64,000 bases of DNA from Camelus ferus (GCF_009834535.1 NC_045732.1:43338001-43402000), one strand, 5' to 3'; positions 27,390 through 41,230 are shown, counted from the first letter of the stretch. Made by a program: numbers and translations. Notes: generated by a model not told the origin, from the sequence alone.

Positions 27390-29330
27390 TTATGTACACA
27401 GTGGAAATATTTTTAATTCAGCTTTTAAATTTTGAGATGTGGATTCACATGTAGATTTAAGATATAATGCAGAGAAAATCCCATGTACTTTAATGCTTCC
27501 CCCTAAAGGTAACATGTTGTATGGTAAAATATTACACTGAGAATATTGACATTGGTACAACCCACCTATCCTTTTTCCCAAGTATTGTTTTGATGCTTTA
27601 AAAAGTTATTAATATATAATGGACATCTGTTTAACTCATTCTTTTTTATTGATTCCCGGTATTCCGTGGAATAAATGCAGAAATGTTCAGCTGTTCCCCT
27701 ACTGATGGCCATTTGGGTCGTTTCATGTACTGTGTTGTCAAAATCCGTGGACATATTTACTTGTGGATTTTGGTCCCATATACTGCCCTAGGCGTGACTC
27801 CGTTGCTATGCTCCTCAGCAAAGCCACTCCTCTCGTTTCCTTCAGTCTCTACTTCCTCACATCCCAGAGCATATTTAACTTAATTCAGTTTGGCTTCTGT
27901 CGCTCCCATGTCTCTGAGACTGCTCTTAACCAGATCACTGATGAATAATAATCTTCCCAAATCAGCAGTCATTTCTCTACCCTTTCCTGTGACCACCCAG
28001 CATTATTCCACAGTTTCTTGCTCTCATTCTCTTGGTTTCCTCCTATATCTCTGGCTACTCCTCCACCTATCATTCTTCTTCATCATAGGTTATTACAAGA
28101 TATTGAATATAGGTTCCCTGTGCAATACAGTAGGTCACTGTTGTTTATTTTATATGTAATAGTCTGTATCTGCTAATCCCAGAGTCCTAATTTGTCCTTC
28201 CCCCTCCCCTTTTCCCCTTTGGTAACCATAGTTTGTTTTCTATGTCTGTAAGTCTGTTTCTGTTTTGTAAACAAGTTCATTTATATCATTTTTTTAGATT
28301 CCACATGTAAGTGATATCATATGATACTTGTCTCTGTCTTACTTCACTTAGTATGATAATCTCTAGGTCCATCCCAAATTGAATTTTAAACATGAAAAAT
28401 ACATCGGATGGATTAATAACTAAACATTGCAGACGAAAAACATTAATGACTTGATGTCATAGCAATAGAAACTAAAGAAAATGAAACAGAGGAAAAAGAT
28501 TCCGAAAAAATAAAGAGTATAAGCGAGCTGTGGGACAATTTCACATGGCCTAACACGCAGGGAAATAAAATCCCCAAAGGAGAGGAGGGGGGATAGAAAA
28601 AGTACGTGAAGAAATAAAGTCCTAAACTTTCCAAAATTAATGAAACATATAACTTCACAAATCCAAAAAGTTCATTGAATACCAGCACAAGATGAAAAAT
28701 ACACAAAGGCATATTGTAATAAAATTGCTCCAAACTAATGATACAGAGAAGATCTTTTTTGTTTGTTTTTTTCTTCCAGTTTTATTGAGATATAATCAAC
28801 TTACAACACTGTATAAGTTTAAGGTGTATGGGTTAGTGATTTGACTTACATACATCCTGAAATGATTATCACAATAAGTTTAGTGAAGATCCATCATCTC
28901 AAATAGATACAAAAAGGGGGGAAGGTATAGCTCAGTGGTAGAGTGTGTGCTTAGCATGTACGAGGTCCTGGGTTCAATCCCCAAAACCTCCACTTAAAAA
29001 AATAAACATAATTACCCCCCCAAAAAAACCCCACAAACAGATACAAAATTAAAGAAATAGCATTTTTTCCTTGTGATGAGAACTCTTAGAATTTACTCTC
29101 AACTTTTATATATAACATACAGCAGTGTTAGTTATATTTATCATGCTGTACATTACACCCCTGGCACTTATTTATGTTATACCTGGAAATTTGTACCTTT
29201 TGACTGCCTTCATCCAATTCCCCCTCCCCGAAACCCCCACCTCTGGTCAAACACAAATCTGATCTCTTTTTCTATGAGTTTGTTTGTTGGCTTTTGACGT
29301 GTAATTGACCTTCAATACTGTGTAAGTCCC
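27390..29330 (-). mobile_element. Cluster of L1 3' fragments with an L2 piece
   Basis: Recognisable L1 3' UTR motifs (e.g. TAGATTCCACATGTAAGTGATATCAT); ~28380-28740 is ORF1-region-like on +. Confidence 0.65.
28916..29034 (+). mobile_element. tRNA-Ala-derived SINE nested in an L1 3' fragment
   Basis: Full body plus tail; TSD AAATAGATACAAAA (28901-28914) / AAACAGATACAAAA (29035-29048). Confidence 0.88.
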
Positions 29331-30208
29331 TGGTGCTGTGAAAACTTCTGTTTATAGAAGTACCACCCCACCCTCATCACCACAATGGGGAGATTTACCT
29401 CACCTTTTTTCCTGGAGCAAACAGGATTTAACATCTTATTTGAATTAAGATGGGTTTCTAAGTTTTTAAATTCTTTTTAATTTGCTTTTTAAGCCAGTGG
29501 TCTGGTTATTTACTTAATGCTGTATATTAATAGGCCAGTCAGAGAATGAAGAATGAGGCACATGCCTGTCATACAAAGTTGTTCTGAGGAAGGGTGTCAG
29601 AATCAAAAAGGACCAAGTTCTAATGACCAAGTAACCAGCTGAAGAAATCCAAACTTGGAATTGTGGGAATGAGTTGTAAGTATCCACATCTCAGTCAGAA
29701 TCTTTCTCAAAACATAAATCTTGAAGCCCAAAACAACGCTACTCAGACCCAGGTGGGCCAATTATAGTATTAGAATTTCTTCTAGGAACATTTCACCTTT
29801 TGTGGATGTGACTCAATGAATCAATCTTTCTCTAATGCATCCTGGAAAATGGATTGTTTGTGGATTGAGAAATAGTTGAAGTTTTGCTCTGATGTTTTGA
29901 AAGGTAGCATCCTAATCTTCATTAAACAACTAATTATTGAACATTCATTCATTCAGTTACCCAACATTTACCGAGTGCCTGCAACACACCAGGCACGCTG
30001 TACTAAGTGTTGGGGAACAGAACAGTAAACAGAACAATATCCTTGTCCTTGGAGGAGAAAGGTGATGAATGAATATATATTATATATGAAATAAAATGGA
30101 CTAGGAGGTAGGAAGAGTTGGGATAAAGGGAGGGGTTGCGATTTTATTGGTCAGATTTTAATGGTCAGAAAAAACTGTGATAAGGTGACATTGGAGCAGA
30201 AACCTGAA

Positions 30209-30322
30209 GAGGGGGTATGCATGAGGTCTGGGTTCAATCCCCAGTACCTCCATTAAAAAAATAAATGAATAAACATAATTACTCCCTCCACCAAAACAAA
30301 CAAACAAACAAATAAACAAAAA
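30209..30322 (+). mobile_element. tRNA-Ala-derived SINE, internally deleted, in L2
   Basis: GGGGGTAT joins directly to GCATGAGGTCTGGGTTCAATCC, so the A box is missing; the tail is present. Confidence 0.75.
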
Positions 30323-30487
30323 ACCCTGAAGGGAGTGAGGGAATGAGCCTCGTGGAAATTTGGGGGAAAAGCATTCTGGGTAGAAGGAAGAGCCAGGATA
30401 TCAATGCAGCTTCTCAGGTGAGTCACAGAGGTATGGAGTGTGGGCAGATTATGCAGGGTCTTGTAGGCCATTTAAAATGCTTTGGCT

Positions 30488-30605
30488 TGGGGGTGGGGAG
30501 GGTGTGTCGGTGTATCTCAGGGGTAGAGCACGTGCTTAGCATGCAGGAGGCCCTGGGTTCAGTCCCCAATATCTCCAATAATTTTTTAAAAATAAATAAA
30601 ATAAA
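30488..30605 (+). mobile_element. tRNA-Ala-derived SINE
   Basis: GTAGAGCACGTGCTTAGCATGCAGGAGGCCCTGGGTTCAGTCCCC plus A-rich tail. Confidence 0.8.
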
Positions 30606-30917
30606 ATGCTTTGGCTCCCATTCTGAGTGAGATAGGAAGCCATATGGAGGGTTTGGAGCAGAGGAGACATGACCAGTCTCGCCTTTCCAAAAAAACAAAA
30701 AACAAAAAAACACTGGCTTCTATGTGTAGACCAAGAGGGGAGCAGGGAAAGGGGAAGCAAGGAGGGCAGTTAGGAGGCTATTTGCAGTAAATTAGGCAAT
30801 AGTTTTCGGTGCCTTGGACACTGGGCAGTGGAAGAGATAAGATGTCTTCTGGAATTATTTTGAAGGTGGAGCTGAAGGGATATATTGATGGGTTGGATAT
30901 AGGGTGTGAGGAGGATA

Positions 30918-31035
30918 GACTCTGAAGGTTTTAATTAAGTTGAGAGTCAGCTTGTAGGAGCAGATTAAGAAAGGAATGACTCTGAAGGTTTTAATTAAGT
31001 TGAGAGTCAGCTGGAGGAGCAGATTAAGAAAGGAA
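30918..31035 (+). repeat. 60-bp tandem duplication
   Basis: GACTCTGAAGGTTTTAATTAAGTTGAGAGTCAGC...AGATTAAGAAAGGAA twice, near identical. Confidence 0.9.
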
Positions 31036-31407
31036 ACTGGGAATTTTGTATTGGTTTTGTAAAGTCTGAAATGCTTATGAAATACCATATAGAGATGTTG
31101 TGTAGGTGATTGGATATGACTGAAGATTAGGAGTGAGGTACAGGCTGAAGATGACAAATTCAGGAGGCATCAGACTCAAAGTCATTTAAAGCCATAAGAC
31201 TAGAGGAGATCACCTAGGCAGTGAATGTAGATGAGGAGGTTAGAGGCCTAAGCCCTGGGGCATTCCAAGGTACAAAGGTCAGGGGAAAGAGGAGGAACTG
31301 GCGAAACAAAACTGAGTAGGAGCAGCCAGTGAGGCAGGAGCAGAACCAAGAGATTTCTGGAAGTCAAGTGAAAAAGCATTTCAAGAAGGGAGTCAAATAA
31401 GGTCCTA

Positions 31408-31575
31408 CCGTAGAGCACAGGGAACTATATTCAATATCTTGTAATAGCCTACAATAAAAAAGAATATGAAAATCAATATATATGTGTATGTATAACTGAA
31501 TCACTATGCTGTACATCAGAAATTGACACGACACTGTAAACCGACTATACTTCAATAAATAAATAAATAAAATTT
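31408..31575 (+). mobile_element. Short artiodactyl-type L1 3' end
   Basis: AGCACAGGGAACTATATTCAATATCTTG...CTATACTTCAATAAA. Similar copies lie at 37629-37785 (+), 41095-41297 (+), 43125-43218 (+) and 32452-32580 (-). Confidence 0.8.
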
Positions 31576-34030
31576 TTTTAAATTTTAAAAAGAAGGAAAC
31601 CAAATGTTTTTTTGTTGCTGAGAGGGAAAGATGAAGAGTACGCATTATATGCAGGCACTGGGTACGCAGATGAACCAGAATTCCAGGCACATAGTAGATA
31701 TTCATGTACTTTTAATTGTAATAAANNNNNNNNNNNNNNNNNNNNNNNNNNNNNNNNNNNNNNNNNNNNNNNNNNNNNNNNNNNNNNNNNNNNNNNNNNN
31801 NNNNNNNNNNNNNNNNNNNNNNNNNNNNNNNNNNNNNNNNNNNNNNNNNNNNNNNNNNNNNNNNNNNNNNNNNNNNNNNNNNNNNNNNNNNNNNNNNNNN
31901 NNNNNNNNNNNNNNNNNNNNNNNNNNNNNNNNNNNNNNNNNNNNNNNNNNNNNNNNNNNNNNNNNNNNNNNNNNNNNNNNNNNNNNNNNNNNNNNNNNNN
32001 NNNNNNNNNNNNNNNNNNNNNNNNNNNNNNNNNNNNNNNNNNNNNNNNNNNNNNNNNNNNNNNNNNNNNNNNNNNNNNNNNNNNNNNNNNNNTCGTATGA
32101 ATATACCACATTTTGCATATCAGTTCATTCCTCGATGGCCACTTGGATTTTTTCCACCTTTTGGCTATTAAGAATAATGCTGTTATGAACATGGGTGTGC
32201 AAAATCTCTTTGATGCTGTGCTTTTAATTCTTTTGGATATTTTTCCAAAAGTGAAATTGTCAAATCATATGGTAATTCTGTTTTTTTAATTTTGGGGNNN
32301 NNNNNNNNNNNNNNNNNNNNNNNNNNNNNNNNNNNNNNNNNNNNNNNNNNNNNNNNNNNNNNNNNNNNNNNNNNNNNNNNNNNNNNNNNNNNNNNNNNNN
32401 NNNNNNNNNNNNNNNNNNNNNNNNNNNNNNNNNNNNNNNNNNNNNNNNNNNATTCTTTTTTTTTTTATTTTATTGAAATATAGTTGATTTACAATGTTGT
32501 ATTACTTTCTGGTGTACAGCAAAGTGATTCAGTTATATATATATGTACACATATATTCTTTTTAATATTCTTTTCCATTATGAAACTGAATTAGAAATCA
32601 ATAAAAGCAAAGTTTCTGGAAAATCTCCAAATATTTGGAAACTAACTAAATAACACACTTCAAAATAATTCAAGGATCAAAAAAGTCACAATGGAAATTA
32701 GAAAACACTTTGTCCTGAATGAAAATGAAAACTCAAAATATTAGTATTTGTGGAATGCCACTAAAGCAGTATTTCAGGGTGAATTTATCACATTAAATGC
32801 CTATATTACAAAAGTAGAGAGGACTAAATAAGAAAGGTCTAAAATCGATTACATCAACTTCCATCATAAGAAACTAGAAAAAGAAGGACAAAGTAAACCT
32901 AGGATAAGCAGATGAAATAAAAAAATAAAGATCAAAGTGGAAATCAATGAAAATACAAAACAGAAAAACAATGGAGAATATTATGAAGCCAAAAGCTGTT
33001 TTATTGAGATAAATAAAACTGATAAACATGAAGACAAAAGGAAAAAAAAAAGGGAGAAGACATAACTTACCAATATCAGGAATGAGAGAGAAGACATCAC
33101 TACAGATACTAAAAAGGATAAAGGAATATTATGAATAACTTTATGCCAATAAGTTCCACAACTTTGTTGAAATGTATAAATTCCTTCAAAGACACAAATT
33201 ACTAAAGCTCATTCAAGAAGAAATAGTTGGCAGGAGCTGGGGAGAGGAAATAATGGGGAGTAATTGTTTAATGGGTACAGAATTTCAATCCTGCAAAATN
33301 NNNNNNNNNNNNNNNNNNNNNNNNNNNNNNNNNNNNNNNNNNNNNNNNNNNNNNNNNNNNNNNNNNNNNNNNNNNNNNNNNNNNNNNNNNNNNNNNNNNN
33401 NNNNNNNNNNNNNNNNNNNNNNNNNNNNNNNNNNNNNTTAAGTCTTCTTTAATTTCCTTCATCAATGGTTTATAGTTTTCTGTGTATAATTCTTTCACCT
33501 CCTTGGTTAGATTTATTCCCAGGTATTTTATTACTTTGGGTGCTATTTTAAAGGGGATTGTTTCTTTAATTTCTTTTTCTGTTGATTCATCACTAGTGTA
33601 AAGAAACGCAACTGATTTTTGAACGTTAATTTTGTAACCTGCTACCTTGCTGAATTCTTCAATTAGTTCAAGTAGTTTTTGTGTGGACCTTTTAGGGGTT
33701 TCTATATATAGTAACATGTCATTGGCATATAGTGNNNNNNNNNNNNNNNNNNNNNNNNNNNNNNNNNNNNNNNNNNNNNNNNNNNNNNNNNNNNNNNNNN
33801 NNNNNNNNNNNNNNNNNNNNNNNNNNNNNNNNNNNNNNNNNNNNNNNNNNNNNNNNNNNNNNNNNNNNNNNNNNNNNNNTTTGAGTTTTTCACTGTTGAG
33901 TACTATGCTGGCTGTAGGTTTGTCATATATAGCTTTTATTATGTTGATATATGTTCCCTCTATACCCACTTTGATGAGAGTTTTTTTTTATCATAAATGG
34001 GTGTTGAATTTTATCAAATGCTTTTTCTGC

Positions 34031-34082
34031 ATCTATTGAGATGATCTATTGAGATGATCTATTGAGATGATCTATTGAGATG
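34031..34082 (+). repeat. 13-bp unit x4 (ATCTATTGAGATG)
   Basis: Four perfect copies at the end of the inverted L1 piece. Confidence 0.9.
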
Positions 34083-35849
34083 GTTTTTGTCCTTTCTCTT
34101 GTTGATGTGGTTTATTACATTGATTGATTTGCATGTGTAGAACCACCCTTGTGTCCCACCCACTTGATCATGATTTATAATCTTTTTTATGTGCTGTTTG
34201 ATTCTATTTGCTAATATTTTGGTGAGGATTTTTGCATTGTTAAGATGGTAAGCTTTATGTATGTGTATTTACCACAATTTAAAAAAAGAAATAGAAACCT
34301 GAGTAGCCCTATATCTAGTAAAGAAATTAACTTTATAGTTAAAATTCTTCCTACAAAGAAAACTCCAGGCCCAGATGTTGTCAGTGGTGAATTCTAGCAA
34401 GCATTTAAGATGAAAATAATCTCAACTCTACCTAAATTCTTGCAAAAATTTGAATAATTCCCAGCCCATTCTATTGGACCAGCATTACTCTGATACCAAA
34501 ACCAGATAGATATTACAGAAAGAGAAAATAAAGACCAATATCCCTTGGGAACATAGATACAAAAATTCTAAACATAATTTTAGCAAATTGATTCCAACAA
34601 TGTATTAAAAGGATAATACATCATGACCATGTGGAGTTTATCCCAGGAATGCAGGGTTGCTTTACCATTCAAAAATTAATCAGTGCAATTTCCCATACTA
34701 ACAAACAACAAAAGGGAACAACATGTGATCACCTCAAGAGATGCAGAAAAGGAAGATGATAAAATTAAGCATGATTTCCTGATAAAACTCTCAGGAAAGT
34801 AGGAATAGAAAATAACTTTGTCAATGTGATAAAGAACATCTGTGTAACAGGTGTATTAAAAACACTCATTGCCACTCATTATGAAGGAAATGCAAGTGAA
34901 AGCCACAATGAAATATCACCTCACACCTGTCAAGATGACTGTTATCAAGAAACCNNNNNNNNNNNNNNNNNNNNNNNNNNNNNNNNNNNNNNNNNNNNNN
35001 NNNNNNNNNNNNNNNNNNNNNNNNNNNNNNNNNNNNNNNNNNNNNNNNNNNNNNNNNNNNNNNNNNNNNNNNNNNNNNNNNNNNNNNNNNNNNNNNNNNN
35101 NNNNNNNNNNNNNNNNNNNNNNNNNNNNNNNNNNNNNNNNNNNNNNNNNNATAAACACTCCTATGTTCATTTCAGTACTATTCACAATAGCTAAGACATG
35201 GAAACAACCTAAATGTCCACTGACAGAAGAATGGATAAAGAAAATGTAGTATGCATATATAATGGAATACTATTTGCCCTAAAAGGAAGGAAATACTGCC
35301 ATACGTGACAGCATGAATGGACCTCAAAGACATTTTGCTAATTGAAATAAGCAGGACACAGAAAGACGAGTACTGCATGATTCCACTTTTATGAGGTGTC
35401 TTTAAAAAGTCAAATTCTTAAAATCAAAAAGTAGAATGGTGGTTAACAGGGGCTGGGGGAGAGGGAAGTGGGGAGTTATTAATCAACAGGTATTAAGGTT
35501 CAGTAAACTCTAGAGATTTGCTATACAACGTTATACCTATAGTCAACAATAATGTGTACTTAAAATTTGTTAAGAGCATAGATCTCATGTTGAGTGTTCT
35601 TACCACAATAAGATTAAAAAATAAAACTCCTTGAAAGAAAAAAAAAGATACATGGATTGGCTAAAATGTTTTGGAAGCCTTCTCTATTTTGCACTAACAG
35701 ACATGAGAGTCTAGTTGTGACTATGGCCTTGGTCCTTAGAGGTATTGCCCAAGGTTTGACCCTGAAACAGACCTACCTCTGCCATTTTCTTTGGAAGAGC
35801 AGTTCATAACTGGTGTTCACCTCATCAGCCCCTGGGGGGTTCATTATAA

Positions 35850-35980
35850 CAGAGTGCTGGTTACCACCCTCAGAATTTCAAATTCATTAGGTCCAGGAGG
35901 GCCCTGAGAGTTTGCATTTCTACTGTTTCCAGGTGATGCTGATGCTGCTGGTCTGGGATCCATACTTTGAGAGTCACTGG
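35850..35980. mobile_element. MER5-like DNA transposon remnant
   Basis: TTTGCATTTCTA...CCAGGTGATGCTGATGCTGCTGG...ACTTTGAGAGTCACTG signature. Confidence 0.65.
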
Positions 35981-37821
35981 TGACCTGATACTACAAAGTA
36001 ATAGAACCCTTCCCCTGGAGTGTAACCTCCTCAAGGGAACCCTTGATTCAAGGTATGGCCAGAGTTCCTAGAAGGACAAGAAGCTGGGATTTTGCTGAAT
36101 TTACAAATGGGTTTATGATTAGCATGTGTTGAACCTGCTTGGTAATAAATATTTGTTTAATAAATTACAAGTATGTTGGAGAGGGAAAAAAATGCTACAG
36201 TTAAAATTGTACTTAATGGCTGGTGAAAGACTGAATGCTTTCCCCCTAAAATCAGGAATAAGACAGATATCTACTCTCACCACTGCTATTTTATATTGTG
36301 CTGAAGATTCTAGTCAGTGCGGAAAAGGCAAGAAGAAATAAAAGGCATCTGGGTTGGAAAGAAAGAAAGAAACATGTCTTTATTTGAAGAAACATGATTA
36401 TCTAATAGAAAAACCAATGGAATCTATTTTAAAAAAGCTAATAAAATTGTTAGTTTAGCAAGGTTACAGGATACAAGAGCAATGTACAAATATCAATTGT
36501 ATTTCTATATATTAGCAATGAAAAATTAGAAATTTAAATTTAAAAATATGTCCAATAATATCAGGAAATATGAAATACTCAGGGAGAAATCTGACAAAAG
36601 ATTTATCTTTTTTTTCTCTGCAAAAGAGAAAGAAACTCTGCAAAAGACCAACAAAGTTTCAGGGCTAATCCTGATTTCAAGAATCATTATAAAGCTACAG
36701 TTATTATTAAAACATACAGATAGATATACAGATAGACAAATATATCAATAGAACAGAATAGATCCATAAATCAATCCATACATATGTGGACAACTGATTT
36801 TTTTCTTTTCATTGTGGTGGATAACTGATTTTTGAAAAAGGCACGAAGCAATGCAGTGGAGGAAGGACAGTCTTTTCAACAAATGTTGCTGGAACAGTTG
36901 GATATCCGTACTTAAAAGAATGAGCCTGTCTCCATACCTCCCACCATACACAAAAATTAATTCAAAATGAATCAAAAATCTAAACATAAAATCTAAAACT
37001 CTAAAACTTCTAGAAAACCTTTGTGATCTGGGATTAGGCACAGATTTCTTAGATGTGACATCAAAAGGACAATCCAAAAAGAACTAAAAAATCTGACTTC
37101 ATCAAAATTGAGTATTTCTGCTTTTCGAAAGACATTGTTAAGAGAATGAAAAGACAAGCCACAGACTGGGAGAAAATACTTGCAAATCATGTATCTGATA
37201 AAGTATCTATACCCAGAATATGTAAAGAATTGCTTTTTAAAAACAATCTACTAATAGAATATGGCAAAGCAAAAGGGGTGATGGAGCTCTAATTTTCATA
37301 AAGATTCTTAAAGTGCTTTTTAAAAGAATCAGCCTTCTTTTTTAAAAGCAGTTTTAGATTCATAGCAAAATTGAGTGGAAAATATATCCTTGCCCCCACC
37401 TCCATGCACATCTTCCCCCACTATTGGCATCCCGCACCACCAGTGGTACATTTGTTACAATCAATGAACCTACACTCATTGACAACAGCATATCATTGTC
37501 ATTTAAAGTCCATAGTTTACATTAGGGTTCATGCTTAGTGTTGCATCCTATGGGTTTTTACAAATGTATAATGACATATATCCACTATTAGAGTCACATA
37601 CAAAATAGTTTCATAAGCAAGTTCATATTGTATAGCACAGGGAACTATATTCAATATCTTGCAGTAATTTATGGTGAAAAAGAATATGAGAACGAATATA
37701 TGTATGTTCATGTCTGACTGAAGCATTATGCTGTACACCAGAAATTGACACAACATTGTAAACTGACTATACTTCAATTAAAAATATATACATATACACA
37801 CAGAAAAAACAAAAAGAAAAC

Positions 37822-37918
37822 AAAAAATTTCATTTTTTTAAATGTAGGTACTGGAGATTGAACTCAGGGCCTCATGCCTGCTAAGAAGGTGTTCTACCTC
37901 TGACCTATTCCCACCCCC
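37822..37918 (-). mobile_element. tRNA-Ala-derived SINE, diverged
   Basis: T-run followed by the reverse-complement body. Confidence 0.75.
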
Positions 37919-39079
37919 TACAAAATAGTTTCATTGTTGTAAAATCCTCTGTTCTCTGCCTTTTCGTCCCTCCATCAACCTCTAACTCCTGGCAACCACT
38001 TTTAACTGTCNNNNNNNNNNNNNNNNNNNNNNNNNNNNNNNNNNNNNNNNNNNNNNNNNNNNNNNNNNNNNNNNNNNNNNNNNNNNNNNNNNNNNNNNNN
38101 NNNNNNNNNNNNNNNNNNNNNNNNNNNNNNNNNNNNNNNNNNNNNNNNNNNNNNNNNNNNNNNNNNNNNNNNNNNNNNNNNNNNNNNNNNNNNNNNNNNN
38201 NNNNNNNNNNNNNNNNNNNNNNNNNNNNNNNNNNNNNNNNNNNNNNNNNNNNNNNNNNNNNNNNNNNNNNNNNNNNNNNNNNNNNNNNNNNNNNNNNNNN
38301 NNNNNNNNNNNNNNNNNNNNNNNNNNNNNNNNNNNNNNNNNNNNNNNNNNNNNNNNNNNNNNNNNNNNNNNNNNNNNNNNNNNNNNNNNNNNNNNNNNNN
38401 NNNNNNNNNNNNNNNNNNNNNNNNNNNNNNNNNNNNNNNNNNNNNNNNNNNNNNNNNNNNNNNNNNNNNNNNNNNNNTTTGCCATTGTCATAGTGTGTAG
38501 TGGTATCTCGTTGTTTTAATTTGCAGTTCCCTAATGACTTAAAGAACTTTTGAAGATAAGGATGGGATGAGGTTATGAGGAAAATCAGTACAACCAAAAG
38601 ATTAGTGAGCAAAGTTGTGGCATTTCGTCCTCTTGTGAGATGCCGTGGGGAAACCGGATACATTTAGTGCCTCTTCTCTGTAGCTGGTGGTGTCTGGTGA
38701 TCTTCAGGTGATAACTCTTCCAGGTAAGCGGTGAAAGATCAGGGGTACGTGGACGTCAGGTGCTGAGGATCCCTCTGAGACCTGGGAAGGAAGTTGCTTC
38801 CCAAGTTTGAGGAAGGTACCCCACTGGCACTGATGGAGAAGTAAGCCTTCCAGGAAGTTCCAGCAGCCCCACTGGAAGAAATCAGTTCTGGACAGTGGAA
38901 ATCAGCCAGACCGACCAAGGCACTTGAAGCGCAGGTGTATTTAGTGTGGCTGTGTAGGGGTGGGGGAAGTGGGGCATCAGTCTTTGGCAGTGGCTGCATG
39001 GAGGCTTCTTAGGATTCTCACTTCTGTCAGAACAGTGAGAGTGGCCCTTGAAGCACCACAGTACCTCTCGGACCCGACC

Positions 39080-39610
39080 TCCTAGCTCCCCTCTCTTTCA
39101 TTTACTCCCATACAGCCACACTGGCCTCACTATTCCTCAAACACACCAGCAATGGTGCCACCACAGGGCCTTTGCATTGTTCCCCCACCTGGACCATTTT
39201 TCAGATAGTGCATGACTCTCCCTTACTTCCTTCGTATCTTGGCTCAAATGTCACCTTTTCAGTAAAACTTTCCTATGAATACTGCCCATTCTGGATCCCC
39301 TTTACCCTGCTGTACTTCCTCCTGCCCTCCCCCCGCATGGTTCTTAGCACCTTCTAACATACTGGATAATTTACTTCTTTTGCTTATTGCTTATTATCTC
39401 CCAGACCCACTGGAATATCAGCTCCACAAGGGCATGGATCTTTGTCCTGTTCATGGTTTTATCTCAAGTAGCTAGAAAATCATGCCTGGCATCAAGTAGG
39501 GACTCAATAATTGTTGAATGAATGATGTATGCTTTACTGTATCCCTAGCCTGCAGAACAGTACTTGGCATACAGTAGGGGCTCCAGAGATCCTTGCTGAA
39601 TGAATTGGAA
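39080..39610 (-). mobile_element. L2 3' fragment
   Basis: CTCAATAATTGTTGAATGAATGA terminus and TTCCTCAAACACACCAG motif. Confidence 0.65.
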
Positions 39611-40631
39611 CCATAGGGGCACCTGGTGAGGACGCAGTCCCCCTCACGTAGCTTTCCAAGTTGTTGGACACTTCACCTCACTGTGTGATGCTACAAACAT
39701 GGGAGTTAAAAGGCCCCAGTGTGGGAATGGAGGGGAGCATCCTCCAGCTGAGGAAGGAATGTCAGAAATGAGAGCCTACCTGTATATACCCGCCATCAAG
39801 CTCAGCCCCAGGCAGTAGTCCCCATCACCCAAATAATTCACTTCTCTCTGAAAGGCAAAGAAAGAAGCTGCTTCTCGAGTCTGACGCCACAAATTCCTGG
39901 CTCAGTGTCTGGATAGTTTTTTAAACAGAGGCAGCACCCTGCCAGGGAAGCTTCTGGAGACTTGGCAGAAGAGGCAGATGCTTTTGCACCCACATCTTGC
40001 TCAGTCCCTGTGATGTGGAAGAAGCCAGTCTGGATAAACTGTATGGGTCATGGTCCTCGGCTTGTGAGCGGTCCATGGAGAATTCATGGGCTCACAAAAG
40101 CTGTTGCTGCAGTAACCGTTGCCCAAGGGGTAACAGCCGAGAAAGCTGCGCAGACTCAAAGGGTCTTTAGGACCAAGTCTTTGTGCACAATGAACAAAGC
40201 GCAGATTGGGAAAGCCTCCTGATGCTGTCTACATTTTCCAGAACTTAAGGAGCTCTGTTCTCAAACTGAGGGATCAGGAGGGATCCTCTCTGAGGAAACA
40301 CAAAAAAATCTGATCATCTGCTCTGGGGGACCAGGCGTTCTGCCATGGGCTAGGCGTTCTGGACACCGGGCCGTATTCAAGAACTTCAGGTCCCATTTCC
40401 AAAGGCAGGCTCGGGAGAAACATTAACTCTAGGAGATTGGAATCTGATGCAAGATCTATTTTAAGTGTCATGGCACATGGAGGAGATGGAGGGATTGTCT
40501 GAAACTGCCAGGTGATGCCACGTTGCAGGGCAGACCCAGAGGGACAATGCCTTTCCCTAGAGAGCTTTATATCATTCTCAAGGGCACTACCAAGAAATTT
40601 ATTATGATTTGGAGAAAGGAGGAGGCCTTCT

Positions 40632-40975
40632 TTTTTTTTATAGAGGTATAGTCAGTTTACAATGTTGTGTCAATTCCTGGTGTACAGCACAATGTCATAC
40701 ATGGATATACATATATTCATTTTCATATTCTTTTTCACTTAAGCTACTACAAGATATTGAACATAGTTCCCTGCGCTATACAGTATAAACTTATTTATCT
40801 ATTTTATATATACCATATATATAAAATATCTGCAAATCTTGAACTCCTAGTTTATTCCTTCCCACCCCACTCCCTGGCCTTTTTTTTTTTTTTTTAAATG
40901 CAGGTACTGTGGACTGAACCCAGGACTTCATGCATGCTAAGCACACACTCTACCACTGAGCTAATACCCAACCCT
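40632..40975 (-). mobile_element. Composite SINE (40880-40975) + L1 3' end (40632-40879) within one TSD pair
   Basis: Perfect 15-bp direct repeat AGGAGGAGGCCTTCT at 40617-40631 and 40976-40990. Confidence 0.85.
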
Positions 40976-41177
40976 AGGAGGAGGCCTTCTTGACTAGGCT
41001 TCACACATGACAGCGCAGGAAACTGACTCCTGGACGTGCCAAACTGGGAACCTCTAGAACTCCCAACCTTTCCCAAGATTAAAAATACAACTCAGCTTAC
41101 TGTATAGCACAGGGAGCTATACAATATCTTGTAATAACCTATAATGGAAAAGAATCTGAAAAAGAAGAGATTTACAT

Positions 41178-41230
41178 ATGTGTGTATATATATGTACATA
41201 TATATATACACGTGTATATATATATATATA
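41178..41230 (+). repeat. (TA)n-rich microsatellite inside an L1 3' end
   Basis: Direct reading. Confidence 0.8.

Larger units (their letters stand above)
29940..31400 (+). mobile_element. L2 fragments (with SINE insertions and a 60-bp tandem duplication)
   Basis: CATTCATTCA start with AGTAAAC/GGAGGCTATTTGCAGTA and GATGACAAATTCAGGAGGCATCAG L2 motifs. Confidence 0.65.
32113..37620. mobile_element. Nested, decayed L1 cluster incl. ORF2 RT fragment (33439-34030, -)
   Basis: The - strand reads [44 protein letters not shown]...[11 protein letters not shown] (L1 RT; the FADD motif reads YAND). Further ORF2 and 3' fragments lie in both orientations, broken by N-gaps. Confidence 0.9.

Noticed and set aside
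29534-29903. Two exon-like segments (29534-29675, 29786-29903) that join in phase
   Set aside because: Four stops in ~87 codons is near random expectation for AT-rich DNA, the first acceptor is weak and no protein is recognisable.
30918-34082. Tandem repeats as possible CRISPR-like arrays
   Set aside because: No unique spacers; simple slippage duplications in mammalian TE sequence.
31578-38663. Long ORFs full of X
   Set aside because: Artefacts of translating N-gaps; only the L1 RT fragment is real.
40440-40500. ILSVMAHGGDG peptide resembling a caspase active-site His motif
   Set aside because: No QACRG or other caspase context and flanked by stops; chance similarity.
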